Assembly (NCBI GenBank): GCA_963730185.1
Contig: CAVSQW010000014.1
Coordinates: 32,001-96,000, forward strand
From: an uncultured Gemmatimonadales bacterium
GTDB lineage: Bacteria > Gemmatimonadota > Gemmatimonadetes > Gemmatimonadales > GWC2-71-9
Length of the DNA stretch: 64,000 nt
Direction: 5' to 3'
The translations under genes were made by a program, and so were the position numbers. How positions within the stretch are numbered: the first letter of the stretch is position 1; each line of letters opens with the position of its first letter. Under the pieces are notes generated by a model that ran no database searches, had not been told where the DNA came from, and worked only from the letters and a program-made list of their open reading frames with translations. Shown piece by piece: positions 49,092-58,334 of this stretch.

Positions 49092-49236
49092 TGGGGTTAC
49101 TCCAGGTTCCGCTGGTAGGGTCCGGACTCGTGATGGGTGATCTCTTCAAGAGACCCCGGCCGGGCCCTTCGGGTCACATCGAAGTTGGGGTGCCTCGCTT
49201 GCGCCGGCTCCCCCGGCGGCCCCACTTTGCGCCACC

Positions 49237-49695
49237 ATGACCGGATCCGGCATGCTCGCCTTCTCGATCATCCTCGCGCTGGTGCTCGGCGCCGGGCTCT
49301 CGACCCAGGTCGGGGTGAACGCCTCGCTTCGGAGCGCGCTCGGGCACCCGGTGTACGCCGCCATCGTCAACTTCTCGGTCGGCCTCACCGTGCTCGTCGC
49401 GCTCACCCTGGCGGCTCGCATCGGGCGGCCTCCGGCCGGCGCGATCGCGCGGACCTCGTGGTGGATGTATTTCGGCGGGGTGATCGGCTCGATGTACGTG
49501 TTCGGAGTCATCGTGCTGGCGCCAAGACTCGGGGCGGCCGTGTTGATGAGCCTGGTGGTGACCGGTCAGCTGCTCGCGGCTCTCCTCCTCGATCACTTCG
49601 GCGTCCTCGGCTTCCCGCAGCACACCATCAGCCCGGTCCGGGCGGTCGGCGCCGTGCTGCTGGTGATGGGCGTCGTACTGGTCCGGCGAGGTTGA
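49237..49695 (+). CDS. DMT superfamily transporter (YdcZ/DUF606)
   Basis: Q..VN..L, A..NF.VG, WW...GG..G, P.LG, GQL...L.LDHFG. Confidence 0.88.
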   Translation: MTGSGMLAFSIILALVLGAGLSTQVGVNASLRSALGHPVYAAIVNFSVGLTVLVALTLAARIGRPPAGAIARTSWWMYFGGVIGSMYVFGVIVLAPRLGAAVLMSLVVTGQLLAALLLDHFGVLGFPQHTISPVRAVGAVLLVMGVVLVRRG

Positions 49696-49698
49696 CCC

Positions 49699-50088
49699 AT
49701 GGGCGCCACCCTTCGGCAAGCGCTCCTCGTGGGGGCGGGCGGTTTCCTGGGCTCGGCCTTCCGATTTCTGCTGGGCGGTTTCGTGCACCGGTTCACGCCG
49801 GCCTCCACCTTTCCCTACGGTACCTTGACCGTGAACGTCCTGGGGTGCCTGGCGATCGGATTCCTCGGCGGGATGCTCGAGCTCCGTCAGGCGCTCGGCC
49901 CTGGGGAGCGGCTCTTTCTGGTGGTCGGCGTGCTGGGCGGGTTCACCACCTTTTCCTCATTCGCCTACGAGACGCTCGGCCTGGTCCATGGCGCCGACTT
50001 CGGGCGGGCCCTGGCCAACGTCGGGGCGTCGGTCGTCCTCGGGCTCAGCGCGGCATGGCTGGGGTATGCCGCGGCCCAGGCGCTCTAG
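49699..50088 (+). CDS. crcB: Fluoride channel Fluc/CrcB
   Basis: GG..GS..R, FP.GTL.VN..GC, G.LGGFTTFSSF..E. Confidence 0.95.
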   Translation: MGATLRQALLVGAGGFLGSAFRFLLGGFVHRFTPASTFPYGTLTVNVLGCLAIGFLGGMLELRQALGPGERLFLVVGVLGGFTTFSSFAYETLGLVHGADFGRALANVGASVVLGLSAAWLGYAAAQAL

Positions 50089-50100
50089 CGGGAGGTTCCC

Positions 50101-50445
50101 ATGACGCTACCTCGGGAAGGCACCCTGCTTCGGATCTTCATCGGCGAGAGCGACCGCCACGAAGGCGCTGCGCTCTACGAGTGGCTGGTGCGCGAGGCTC
50201 GGCGGCGCGGGTTGGCCGGGGCCACCGTGCTCCGTGGGCTCGAGGGGTTCGGCGCCCACAGCCGGCTGCATACGGCCCGGGTGCTCCGACTCTCGACCGA
50301 CCTGCCGATCGTGGTGGAGATCGTCGACACCCGGGAGAAGATCGAGGAGTTTCTCCCGGTGGTCGACGGCGCCATCGGTGAGGGTCTCGCCACCCTGGAG
50401 CGGGTCGAGGTCCGCTTCTACCGGAGCGGGGACAGGGCTGAGTAG
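50101..50445 (+). CDS. DUF190 (PII-like) protein
   Basis: LLRIFIGESD, GLAGATV.RG.EGFG, LS.DLP.V.EIVD; typical crcB neighbour. Confidence 0.9.
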   Translation: MTLPREGTLLRIFIGESDRHEGAALYEWLVREARRRGLAGATVLRGLEGFGAHSRLHTARVLRLSTDLPIVVEIVDTREKIEEFLPVVDGAIGEGLATLERVEVRFYRSGDRAE

Positions 50446-50877
50446 CCAGCTCGCGGGGGCCGAAAACGCGTCGCCCTCGGAGGGCTGCTCAGGTGGGGAG
50501 GTGGGTCTTCCAGGCTTTCCTCCGGCGATTCGCCTCTCGCAGCAGGGCCCGCGCGGTCCGGCGGAGCGCGACCCGCGGCCAGGCCAAATCCGGCCGGGGG
50601 CGCCGAACGGCCGGCGAATCGCGGGGGAGTGACGTGCCTAACCGAAGGTTCCGTCACGGCTTCGACGACGGGTAGCGGGAAAGCCGCCGGGGTTGGGCGA
50701 TCGTTGCACCCCGCCGATTCCGGTTGCCGCCGTCGTTGGCCCCGACCTTGCCGGGCGGCGGGTGAGGAAGCCGAATTTTCGCGGGATCCGGCCAATGGGG
50801 GGTGCGAAATGCCGGATAGGCTTATCTTTGTCTCCTTCGGGGGAAGGTCCATCCAAATGACCAGGGGGAAGAACACA

Positions 50878-51489
50878 ATGAAGCGGTTGGCCAGGCTCAC
50901 GGGCGCCGTCGCGCTGATGGCGGCCACGGCAGTCGCGGTACCGCAGTCGCTCAGCGCGCAAGGCAAGAAGCTCGAGATCAGTGGCTTTGCCGGCTGGTAT
51001 CTGCCCACGAACAAGGATGCCATGCAGCTGGCGCCGTCGAACCAGGACGCGGCCCGGCGAGGCTCGCTCGCCTGGGGTGGCCGGCTGACTGTCTGGACGG
51101 CCAGCCGCCTCGGCTTCGAGTTCACCGGCGGCTTTTCGCCAGCCCGGGTCCGGGTGGGGTCGACGGTCGGCATTTTCCCACACAGCACCAAACTGACCTT
51201 CGGTTCCGCCAAGTTGGCACTCAAGCTGACCCCGGGCGACCCCAAGTTGGGGGTCACCATCAGCGGCGGCCTCGCCGGGCTCCACTACGGGAAGACGGTG
51301 GCCGATCCGACCAAGTCCGAGACCAAGTTCGGCGGGGTCGGTGGGTTGGGGCTTCGCCTTCGGCTGGCCGACGCGCTCCATCTCCGGGGTGACATCGAGG
51401 ACTACTTCTACAGCGGGCAGTTCGGGAACGCCTCCAGCAAGCTGGTCGGTGACCTGATGCTGACGGGCGGTCTCTCGATCGGGTTCTGA
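50878..51489 (+). CDS. Small outer membrane beta-barrel protein
   Basis: Signal peptide, alternating beta strands, C-terminal GLSIGF. Confidence 0.75.
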   Translation: MKRLARLTGAVALMAATAVAVPQSLSAQGKKLEISGFAGWYLPTNKDAMQLAPSNQDAARRGSLAWGGRLTVWTASRLGFEFTGGFSPARVRVGSTVGIFPHSTKLTFGSAKLALKLTPGDPKLGVTISGGLAGLHYGKTVADPTKSETKFGGVGGLGLRLRLADALHLRGDIEDYFYSGQFGNASSKLVGDLMLTGGLSIGF

Positions 51490-51507
51490 TCCCGGGCTGG
51501 ACCTTCG

Positions 51508-51545
51508 CGGCCGGGCTGGAGCGTCCGCTCCCGCCCGGCCGTTTC
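51508..51545 (+). terminator. Putative intrinsic terminator
   Basis: CGGCCGGGC.GGAGCG / CGCTCC.GCCCGGCCG stem followed by TTT. Confidence 0.6.
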
Positions 51546-51556
51546 GCTTGCCTGGC

Positions 51557-51584
51557 TTGATAGGGTAGGGGGGTATGCTATATT
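51557..51584 (+). promoter_or_regulatory. copA promoter with CsoR-type G-tract operator
   Basis: -35 TTGATA, extended -10 TGcTATATT; spacer region reads ATAGGGTAGGGGGGTAT, a G-tract flanked by ATA/TAT as in CsoR/RcnR operators. Confidence 0.65.
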
Positions 51585-51602
51585 CCAACGCAGGAGGCTC
51601 CC

Positions 51603-53873
51603 ATGCCTGACACAATCACCCGAGAAACCCTGACCTTCCCGGTCGGCGGGATGACCTGCGCGGCCTGCCAGGCCCGGGTCCAGCGCGCCCTCGAGAAGAC
51701 GGCCGGCGTGAGCGGTGCCGCGGTCAATCTTATGCTCCAGAACGCCACGGTCACGTACGACCCGGCCCTCGCCAACCCCGACGGGCTGGTCGAGGTGGTC
51801 CGCGACTCCGGGTACGAAGCGGCGCTGCCCGTCCCGAGCCAGACCATCGCCGAGGAGCAGGACGAGCTCGATCGGAGTCGCGAGGCCGAATACCGCGATT
51901 ACCTCACCCGAGCGCTGGTCACCATCTCGCTGGGCGTCCTGGCGATGGCGGCGATGCCGTTCGCCATGAACCAACGGGTCCGGTACGCGCTGCTGGTGGT
52001 GACCCTCTTCGTGATGGTCTGGGCCGGTCGCGACTTCTACGTCAGGGCCTGGGCGGCGCTCCGGCACCGGACCAGCAACATGAACACCCTGGTGGCGTTG
52101 GGGACCGGCGCGGCGTTCGGGTTCAGCGCCGCGGTCACGCTGGCCCCCGGCTTTTTCGCCGCCAGGGGGATCGAGGCCGAGGTCTACTACGAGGCCGTGA
52201 TCCTAATCCTCGGCCTCCTTCTCCTGGGCCACGCCCTCGAGGCGCGGGCCAAGCGTCAAACCGCGGTGGCCCTTCGGAAACTGATCGATCTGGCGCCCAA
52301 GGTGGCACGGGTTCGGCGGGACGGGCGCGAGCTCGAGCTGCCGATCGATCGAGTCTTGGCGGGCGACGTGGTCCTGGTACGTCCCGGGGAGAGCCTTCCC
52401 GTCGACGGGCAGATCGTCCGCGGGGCGAGTGCGGTCGACGAGTCGATGGTCACCGGCGAGCCCCTCCCGGTGGAGCGGACGGTCGGTGACCGGGTGATCG
52501 GCGGCACGGTCAACCGGACGGGCGCCTTCGAGCTCCGGGCCACGGCGGTCGGCGCCGACAGCGTGCTGGCCCGGATCGTCAAGCTGATGCGCGACGCCCA
52601 AGCCACCCGGGCGCCGATTCAGCGACTGGCCGATCAGATCAGCGCGATCTTCGTCCCGACCGTGATCGGGCTCGCCGTGCTGACCTTCGTGATCTGGTAC
52701 GTCGCGGTGGATACCTCGCCTCTGGTCCGGGCGCTCACGGCCGCGATCTCGGTGCTGATCATCGCCTGTCCCTGCGCGATGGGGCTGGCGGTGCCGACTG
52801 CCATCATGGTGGCCACCGGCCGCGGCGCCGAGTTGGGGGTGTTGATCAAGGGGGGCGAGGCGCTCGAACGAGTGCGCACCCTCCAGGCGATTCTGCTCGA
52901 CAAGACCGGCACGGTGACCGAGGGCAGGCCGGCGGTGACCGAGGTGCTGCCCGCCGCGGGCGTCGAGGCCGATCGGGTGCTTGCTCTGGCCGCCGGGCTC
53001 GAGCGGCTTTCTGAGCATCCGTTGGGCGAGGCGATCGTCCGGGCGGCCGCCGATCGCGGGATCGAGTTGGCGGCGGTGGACGCTTTCCGGTCGCTCACCG
53101 GGTTGGGCGCCACCGGTCTGGTGGGCGAGTCCCTGGTCGTGGTCGGCAACGCCCGGATGCTGGGCGAGTTCTCGCTCGATCCCGCCCCGTTCGCCTCGGT
53201 CGCCGAAGGGCTCACCGGCGAGGGGAAGACCGTGGTGTACGTCGGGGCCGACGGCGAGCTCCTGGGCCTGCTGGCGATCTCCGATCCACCTCGGGCCACC
53301 TCGCGCGCCGCGGTGGCCCGGCTCCGCCGGATGGGGCTCGAGGTCGCGATGGTGACGGGCGACCAGCCGCGGACGGCGGCGGCGGTGGCCCGCGAGGTCG
53401 GCATCGAGACGGTCGTTGCCGGGGTGCTGCCCGAAGGCAAGCTGGCGGAGATCGAGCGCCGGCAGGCCGGGGGCCAGGTCGTGGCGATGGTGGGCGACGG
53501 GATCAACGACGGCCCGGCGCTCGCTCGAGCCGACCTGGGCCTGGCCATGGGGTCCGGCACCGACGTGGCCGTCGAAGCCGGGGACATCACCCTGATGCGG
53601 CCGGACTTGAACGCGGTGGCCGACGCGATCGCCCTCTCCCGGGAAACCGTGCGGATCATGCGCCAGAATCTGTTCTGGGCCTTCATCTACAACGTGGTCG
53701 GCATTCCGATCGCGGCCGGAGTGCTCTATCCCGTGCTGGGCCTGACCTTGAACCCGGTGATTGCCAGCGCGGCCATGGCGATGAGCTCGGTGAGTGTGGT
53801 CACCAACTCGCTCCGACTCCGTCGCTTCGATCCGAGAACGGTGGGCGCGCCCCGCCAGGGGAGAACCTCATGA
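51603..53873 (+). CDS. copA: Cu(I)-translocating P1B-type ATPase
   Basis: GMTCAAC HMA domain, TGE, CPC, DKTGT, SEHP, GDGIND, YN (TM7), M..SS (TM8). Confidence 0.95.
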   Translation: MPDTITRETLTFPVGGMTCAACQARVQRALEKTAGVSGAAVNLMLQNATVTYDPALANPDGLVEVVRDSGYEAALPVPSQTIAEEQDELDRSREAEYRDYLTRALVTISLGVLAMAAMPFAMNQRVRYALLVVTLFVMVWAGRDFYVRAWAALRHRTSNMNTLVALGTGAAFGFSAAVTLAPGFFAARGIEAEVYYEAVILILGLLLLGHALEARAKRQTAVALRKLIDLAPKVARVRRDGRELELPIDRVLAGDVVLVRPGESLPVDGQIVRGASAVDESMVTGEPLPVERTVGDRVIGGTVNRTGAFELRATAVGADSVLARIVKLMRDAQATRAPIQRLADQISAIFVPTVIGLAVLTFVIWYVAVDTSPLVRALTAAISVLIIACPCAMGLAVPTAIMVATGRGAELGVLIKGGEALERVRTLQAILLDKTGTVTEGRPAVTEVLPAAGVEADRVLALAAGLERLSEHPLGEAIVRAAADRGIELAAVDAFRSLTGLGATGLVGESLVVVGNARMLGEFSLDPAPFASVAEGLTGEGKTVVYVGADGELLGLLAISDPPRATSRAAVARLRRMGLEVAMVTGDQPRTAAAVAREVGIETVVAGVLPEGKLAEIERRQAGGQVVAMVGDGINDGPALARADLGLAMGSGTDVAVEAGDITLMRPDLNAVADAIALSRETVRIMRQNLFWAFIYNVVGIPIAAGVLYPVLGLTLNPVIASAAMAMSSVSVVTNSLRLRRFDPRTVGAPRQGRTS

Positions 53874-54220
53874 CCGGTACCGAAACGCCGATCCCGGCTG
53901 CCTGCGGGTGCGGGGCTGGGACCGATCCCGAGAGTCGAAAGCCGGTGGCCGTCGATCCGACGATCAAGGAGCGAAACCAGAAACGGCTCCGGCGGATCGA
54001 AGGGCAGATCCGCGGGCTCCAGCGGATGGTGGACGAGGATCGCTACTGCCCCGACATCATGATGCAGATTGCGTCCGCCCAGCAGGCACTTCGGTCGGTG
54101 GGGCGAGAGCTGATGCGGAACCACCTCAAGCACTGCGTCGCCACGGCGGTGAAGACGAGCGACGCCAAGGCCGACCAGATTTTCGAGGAGCTGCTGGAGC
54201 TGGTGTACTCGTCGAAATAG
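53870..54220 (+). CDS. csoR: CsoR family copper-sensing repressor
   Basis: [12 protein letters not shown]....RYC.DI..Q, NHLKHC (Cys/His/Cys ligands); ATGA overlap with copA. Confidence 0.9.
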   Translation: MTGTETPIPAACGCGAGTDPESRKPVAVDPTIKERNQKRLRRIEGQIRGLQRMVDEDRYCPDIMMQIASAQQALRSVGRELMRNHLKHCVATAVKTSDAKADQIFEELLELVYSSK

Positions 54221-54371
54221 TGATTGGTGACTCGTGAGTAGGGAATTAGGGAATAGGGAGTGAGTAGGGAAAGGGGGTACGGAGACGAGAGCGATCGTCG
54301 ATTGACCACCCCTACTCACTCCCTACTCCCTACTCACTCCCTATCCACCATTCACGACTCACCACTCACTA
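54218..54371. repeat. Inverted array of heptamer tandem repeats (TRGKGAR-like, STRR type)
   Basis: Left arm TAGTGAT TGGTGAC TCGTGAG TAGGGAA..., right arm reverse complement TAGTGAG TGGTGAG TCGTGAA TGGTGGA TAGGGAG... Confidence 0.85.
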
Positions 54372-55109
54372 GTCATTTCCCCCCACCAGCAGCCTCACCA
54401 GGTCAGACCCTTTACCGTCGCTGGCCTTGAGGGAGACGCCGCCGTCGTTGGCGTCCAGCTGGAAGAGGGCCTTGCCGTTCTCGTCGCGGATGTCGATCAG
54501 TGCCCGGCCGTCGCCGGCGTGGATGCTCACGGTGCCGCGCTGGTGCTTGCCGTGTCGGACGTCGAGGTCGAAGCTGGCCTGGCCGTCGACCGACTTGCCG
54601 TCGTTCGAGGTCAGATCGGCTTTGAGGCTCCGGACGTCGGAGCGCTCCAGCCGGCGGCGGTCTCGCGACGACACGTAGAGCGGCCGCACCAGGTCTCCCG
54701 GCTGGAACTCGACTTGGCCGATCTGGGTGAGGTTCTCGTCGTCGACGTCCGAGGGCGAGACGCACCGGAACCGGGCGTCGTCCTTGGGACGGGACATCCC
54801 GTCGCCTGCGATGCCGCAGTCCTTCAGATTGCCGGCGGCCGCAGCGTCGTCGAGCGTGACCATCAGATGGACGGCCTCGGTGCCCCACGACCCGTCACTG
54901 TTCACGTTGACCGCCCGGACCTCACCGATGCGCTTGCCGTCCAGCCGGAACCGAAGCACCCCGAGTGGGCCGCGCAGGGCTTCGGCGACCGGAGTTGCGG
55001 CCGCCGTCTTGAGCTCGTGCAAGCCCTTCTTGCCCAAGGTGATGCCGGTCATCCCCACGCCAAATACCGCCAGCGCGCCGGCGCCGATTCCGAGCCAGTA
55101 GCGGTTCAT
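54369..55109 (-). CDS. Hypothetical membrane-anchored periplasmic protein
   Basis: GGAGG SD, N-terminal TM, beta-rich C-terminus. Confidence 0.7.
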   Translation of the reverse strand: MNRYWLGIGAGALAVFGVGMTGITLGKKGLHELKTAAATPVAEALRGPLGVLRFRLDGKRIGEVRAVNVNSDGSWGTEAVHLMVTLDDAAAAGNLKDCGIAGDGMSRPKDDARFRCVSPSDVDDENLTQIGQVEFQPGDLVRPLYVSSRDRRRLERSDVRSLKADLTSNDGKSVDGQASFDLDVRHGKHQRGTVSIHAGDGRALIDIRDENGKALFQLDANDGGVSLKASDGKGSDLVRLLVGGND

Positions 55110-55204
55110 CTCGACCTCCCCAAAGATATGGAGCGAGCGACCCACCCCGGTCCGCTCAGCCCGACACTACGAGCCTGAGCGCGTCCAGTTTCAGAGTGAG
55201 ACGG

Positions 55205-55606
55205 CTACTCGTGGCCTTTCGGCCGGAGCGCCAAGTCCATCGCCAGGAAGAGGGTCTTCGACACCGGATAGAAGAGCAGGGGCATCAAGAGGACCAGCCC
55301 CGCGCCCCCGTACATCAGGCCGTCCCAGGGTGGATCGGGCCAGGTGGTGACCACGACGGCCAGGCCGAGGGCCACCACCGCCAGCTCGGCCACCACGATG
55401 TTGAGCATGTAGGCGCCCACGATGTAGCCGCTCTCGCGCCGTTCGAATTCCAGACCACATCGGGGGCAGTGGTCGACCATCCGGAACCATCCCCGGAAGA
55501 GGCCGCCCTGCCCGCAGTTCGGGCAGCGGAGGCGGATCGCCCGCCCGACGAGGCGGGCGGTCCGGGCCACCGATGGCCGGTCGGGAGCGGGTCGGTCAGC
55601 GGCCAC
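55205..55606 (-). CDS. DUF983 family zinc-finger membrane protein
   Basis: RCPNCG.G.LF..WF.M...CP.CG..F.R.E.GY..GA, YP.SK.L..A.D. Confidence 0.85.
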   Translation of the reverse strand: MAADRPAPDRPSVARTARLVGRAIRLRCPNCGQGGLFRGWFRMVDHCPRCGLEFERRESGYIVGAYMLNIVVAELAVVALGLAVVVTTWPDPPWDGLMYGGAGLVLLMPLLFYPVSKTLFLAMDLALRPKGHE

Positions 55607-55614
55607 GGTTGCCG

Positions 55615-56256
55615 AGGTAGATAGCCGAGGCCGGCGTGCAGGTGGAGCGCCGCGTTCGGGACGTTGGCGTGGCCGTCGAGGACGGGGACCTTGATGTACG
55701 AGGCCGAGACCCGGGCATCGAGGCTCAGCACGAGCCCGTCGACCAGCGGGAACTCGCGGGTGGCCATGGCGATGATGCTGCCGCCGCTCAGATGGTATCC
55801 GCCGACCCCGTTGTCGTGCCGGTACTCCTTGCCGCGGATGGTGCTGATGGGAAAGGTGACCACCGGTCCGGCGCCGACGCTCCAGGTGAAGTGGTCCCGT
55901 CGAAACGCCCGGCTCAGGCTGAAGATGTTGAAGCCGTTGGTGATCCGGAACGTCCCAACCTCTGACGGCGGGTTGTCGAGATAGATCTTGTGGTGGGTGT
56001 GGTCCACCCGCCACCCGTGGTTGCCCTTCCAGTATCCGATCCGCCAGGCGTAGTACCAGGTCGGCCGGGTGGGCTGGGTGGACCAGTGGGCGGTAAAATG
56101 GAGATCCGGCTGGCCAGCCTGGGTGATGGTGATCGGCAACGGGGCGCTCACCGACGAGCCGAAGAACAGCTGGGCTTCGAGTCGACGTTGAGCGGCGGCT
56201 GGTCGCACGACGAGCGCGCCGAGCCCGATCAGAAGCAGGGAGGGATGTCGGATCAT
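55615..56256 (-). CDS. Outer membrane beta-barrel, LpxQ (lipid A oxidase)-like; 3' end uncertain
   Basis: Signal peptide, P..YY..R.G, H.K.Y, F.IT.G.N, G.G.V...P, terminal AGLGY; the annotated frame runs on to 55315 into DUF983. Confidence 0.55.
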
Positions 56257-56329
56257 GGCGAGAATGATAGAAGCGGGTGGCTCGTCCCGGCACGTTGCCG
56301 GCCATTTGGCGTCCCGGTATACTCAAAAA

Positions 56330-57211
56330 ATGTCTTCAAAGTTCTGGGGCGCGGTCGGGGCGGTGCTGCTGACGTCTGCGTGCGCGGCGCCTCCGGCCGC
56401 GCCGAAGCCCGATTCCGCCATGGTGGCGACGGCGGCGCCGGCGGCGTTCCGCGTGCCGGACGATGGCGAGATCCCATCGGGTCCGCTCGGCCAGTCGATC
56501 CGGCGGGGTCGCGCGATGTTGGCCGCGACCGGTGACAGTCTTCCGGCCAACGTGGGCAACGATCTCCGCTGTCTCAGCTGCCATCTCGACGCAGGAACCC
56601 GGCCCGGCGCCTCACCTTGGGTCGGGGTCTACAGCCGGTTCCCGCAGTATCGGTCCCGAGGCGCCCGGGTCATCACCATTGAGGACCGGGTGAACGGGTG
56701 TTTCCAGCGGAGCATGAACGGCAAGCCGCTCGCGGTGGGCGGCCGGGACATGACGGACATCGTGGCCTACCTCGCCTTTCTCTCGCGGGGGATTGCCCCT
56801 CCGGGCGAGGTGCCGGGGCAGGGCTTTCGGAAGGTCGGTCCACTCCCGGGCGACTCGGCCCGCGGCCACCTGGTGTTCGTGGGCCAGTGCGTTCGCTGCC
56901 ACGGTGCCGACGGCGCGGGGTTGCCCAACCCGGACCCGAAGGCCGAGCCGGCGCGGTATCCGCCGCTCTGGGGCCCCCGGTCGTTCAACATCGGCGCGGG
57001 CATGGCCCGGCTCCGGACGGCCGCCTCGTTCATCCGCTACAACATGCCGTTCGATCGTCCGGGCACGCTGACGGACCAGGAGGCGTACGACGTCGCCGCA
57101 TACCTGGTCTCGCGGCCGCGGCCGGATTTTCGGGGCAAGGAGAACGACTGGCCTCGCGGTGACGCCCCGCCCGACGCCGCCTATCGGACCAAGGCTCGGA
57201 AGGCGCGGTGA
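56330..57211 (+). CDS. tsdA: Diheme cytochrome c thiosulfate dehydrogenase/tetrathionate reductase TsdA (lipoprotein)
   Basis: CLSCH and CVRCH heme motifs, RVNGCFQRSMNG catalytic Cys, PPLWG..SFN.GAGM, NMP. Confidence 0.85.
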   Translation: MSSKFWGAVGAVLLTSACAAPPAAPKPDSAMVATAAPAAFRVPDDGEIPSGPLGQSIRRGRAMLAATGDSLPANVGNDLRCLSCHLDAGTRPGASPWVGVYSRFPQYRSRGARVITIEDRVNGCFQRSMNGKPLAVGGRDMTDIVAYLAFLSRGIAPPGEVPGQGFRKVGPLPGDSARGHLVFVGQCVRCHGADGAGLPNPDPKAEPARYPPLWGPRSFNIGAGMARLRTAASFIRYNMPFDRPGTLTDQEAYDVAAYLVSRPRPDFRGKENDWPRGDAPPDAAYRTKARKAR

Positions 57212-57212
57212 G

Positions 57213-57608
57213 TTAGTCGCGGCCCTTCCAGCGCTCGATGGCCCGGCGCTGCTTCTTGGTTGGGCGGCCGGCGCCCTCGTAGAAGATCGGATTCTGCAAC
57301 TTGAGCCGCTCGGCGAGCGCCTGCCGGGCGGCTTTGCTTTCGGGGGTTTCCTGGTAGAGCCGGGCCGCTTCGGCGGCCGAGCCCCGGCGTTCGGCCAGAC
57401 CAGTGACGGTGACCCGGTGGTGGTAGGGACCGAGGCGGAGGGCGACGTGATCGCCGACCCGGATCGGCTTGCTCCGTTTGGCCGCGCCATCGTTGACGTC
57501 CACCCGGCCGCCGTCGACGGCCTCGGCCGCGAGCGTGCGGGTCTTGAAGAACCGCGCCGCCCAGAGCCAGGTGTCCAGGCGGACACGGTCCGGAGGGGGC
57601 CCGCGCAT
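57213..57608 (-). CDS. hslR: Ribosome-associated heat shock protein Hsp15 (S4 domain)
   Basis: RLD.WLWAARFFKTR.LA, RR..A.EA..LY.ET, GRPTKK.RR. Confidence 0.92.
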   Translation of the reverse strand: MRGPPPDRVRLDTWLWAARFFKTRTLAAEAVDGGRVDVNDGAAKRSKPIRVGDHVALRLGPYHHRVTVTGLAERRGSAAEAARLYQETPESKAARQALAERLKLQNPIFYEGAGRPTKKQRRAIERWKGRD

Positions 57609-57611
57609 CGG

Positions 57612-58334
57612 TCAGATCCGGCTCCGGGCGGGGGCGTAGCCCAGGGCGCCGTTGAGCCAGCGAACCAGCGGTGCCAGTCGCTCGAAGTCCCGGCGGAGGG
57701 TCGCGACCAGCCGGCGCGACCCGACCTGTGCGTCGGTCAGGGGGGCACCGGCCGTGAACGACTGGAACTTGAGCCAATCGGCCGCCGGGTGGTCGGGCGC
57801 GAAGCCGCGGGGGGGCCGGGTCAAACGGGCGCTCGGGTCGAGTGGGCCGAACCGGCGCCGGAACGCGGGCGTCATCACGATTCGTTCGAGCGCCTTGGGA
57901 TGCTCGGCGATCGCCTCGCGGATCCGGGTCAGGGGGCCTCGGGCCGGCATCCAGATGCCGCCGGCTACGAAGCAGGCGCCGGGCTCGAGGTGGAAGTAGA
58001 AGCCGGCACCGCCGCCGTCGGCATCCTGGCCGACTTTCTTCCCCGCGTCGCGGTGATAGAACCAGCACCCCGCCTGGGTCTTGTAGGGCGACTTGTCGGG
58101 GGAGAACCGGATGTCGCGATTGATGCGAAACATGGAACGGCGAGGGTCTCCGACGATCTCGGGTGTGACGCTCGCGAGCTCCACGTCCATCGCCTCGATC
58201 AGCGCCCGCATGGGGTGGCGGACCTCGCCCTCGTAGATCGGCCGGTTGGCCTCGAACCAGGGCTTCTTGTTGTTCCGGGCCAGGCCCCGGAAGAAGCGAA
58301 ACGCAGCGGGGCGGAACCCCGTGAACTCGGCCAT
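57612..58334 (-). CDS. DUF2461 (TIGR02453) family protein
   Basis: F.F.R.L..NN.K.WF..NR..Y, FRINRD.RFS.DKSPYKT, Y.H..P...F..GG.W.P. Confidence 0.9.
   Translation of the reverse strand: MAEFTGFRPAAFRFFRGLARNNKKPWFEANRPIYEGEVRHPMRALIEAMDVELASVTPEIVGDPRRSMFRINRDIRFSPDKSPYKTQAGCWFYHRDAGKKVGQDADGGGAGFYFHLEPGACFVAGGIWMPARGPLTRIREAIAEHPKALERIVMTPAFRRRFGPLDPSARLTRPPRGFAPDHPAADWLKFQSFTAGAPLTDAQVGSRRLVATLRRDFERLAPLVRWLNGALGYAPARSRI

Noticed and set aside
49100..49236. Fluoride riboswitch upstream of the crcB operon
   Set aside because: A GTGATGG is present, but I could not find the pairing partner or the downstream CTGATGAC-like pseudoknot element
50575..50700. c-di-GMP-I riboswitch
   Set aside because: Only a GGTAGCGGG fragment resembles it; the GGCAAA/GAAA/GACGCAAAG core is not present
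54218..54371. CRISPR array
   Set aside because: Units are 7-bp tandem repeats without unique spacers, and there are no cas genes
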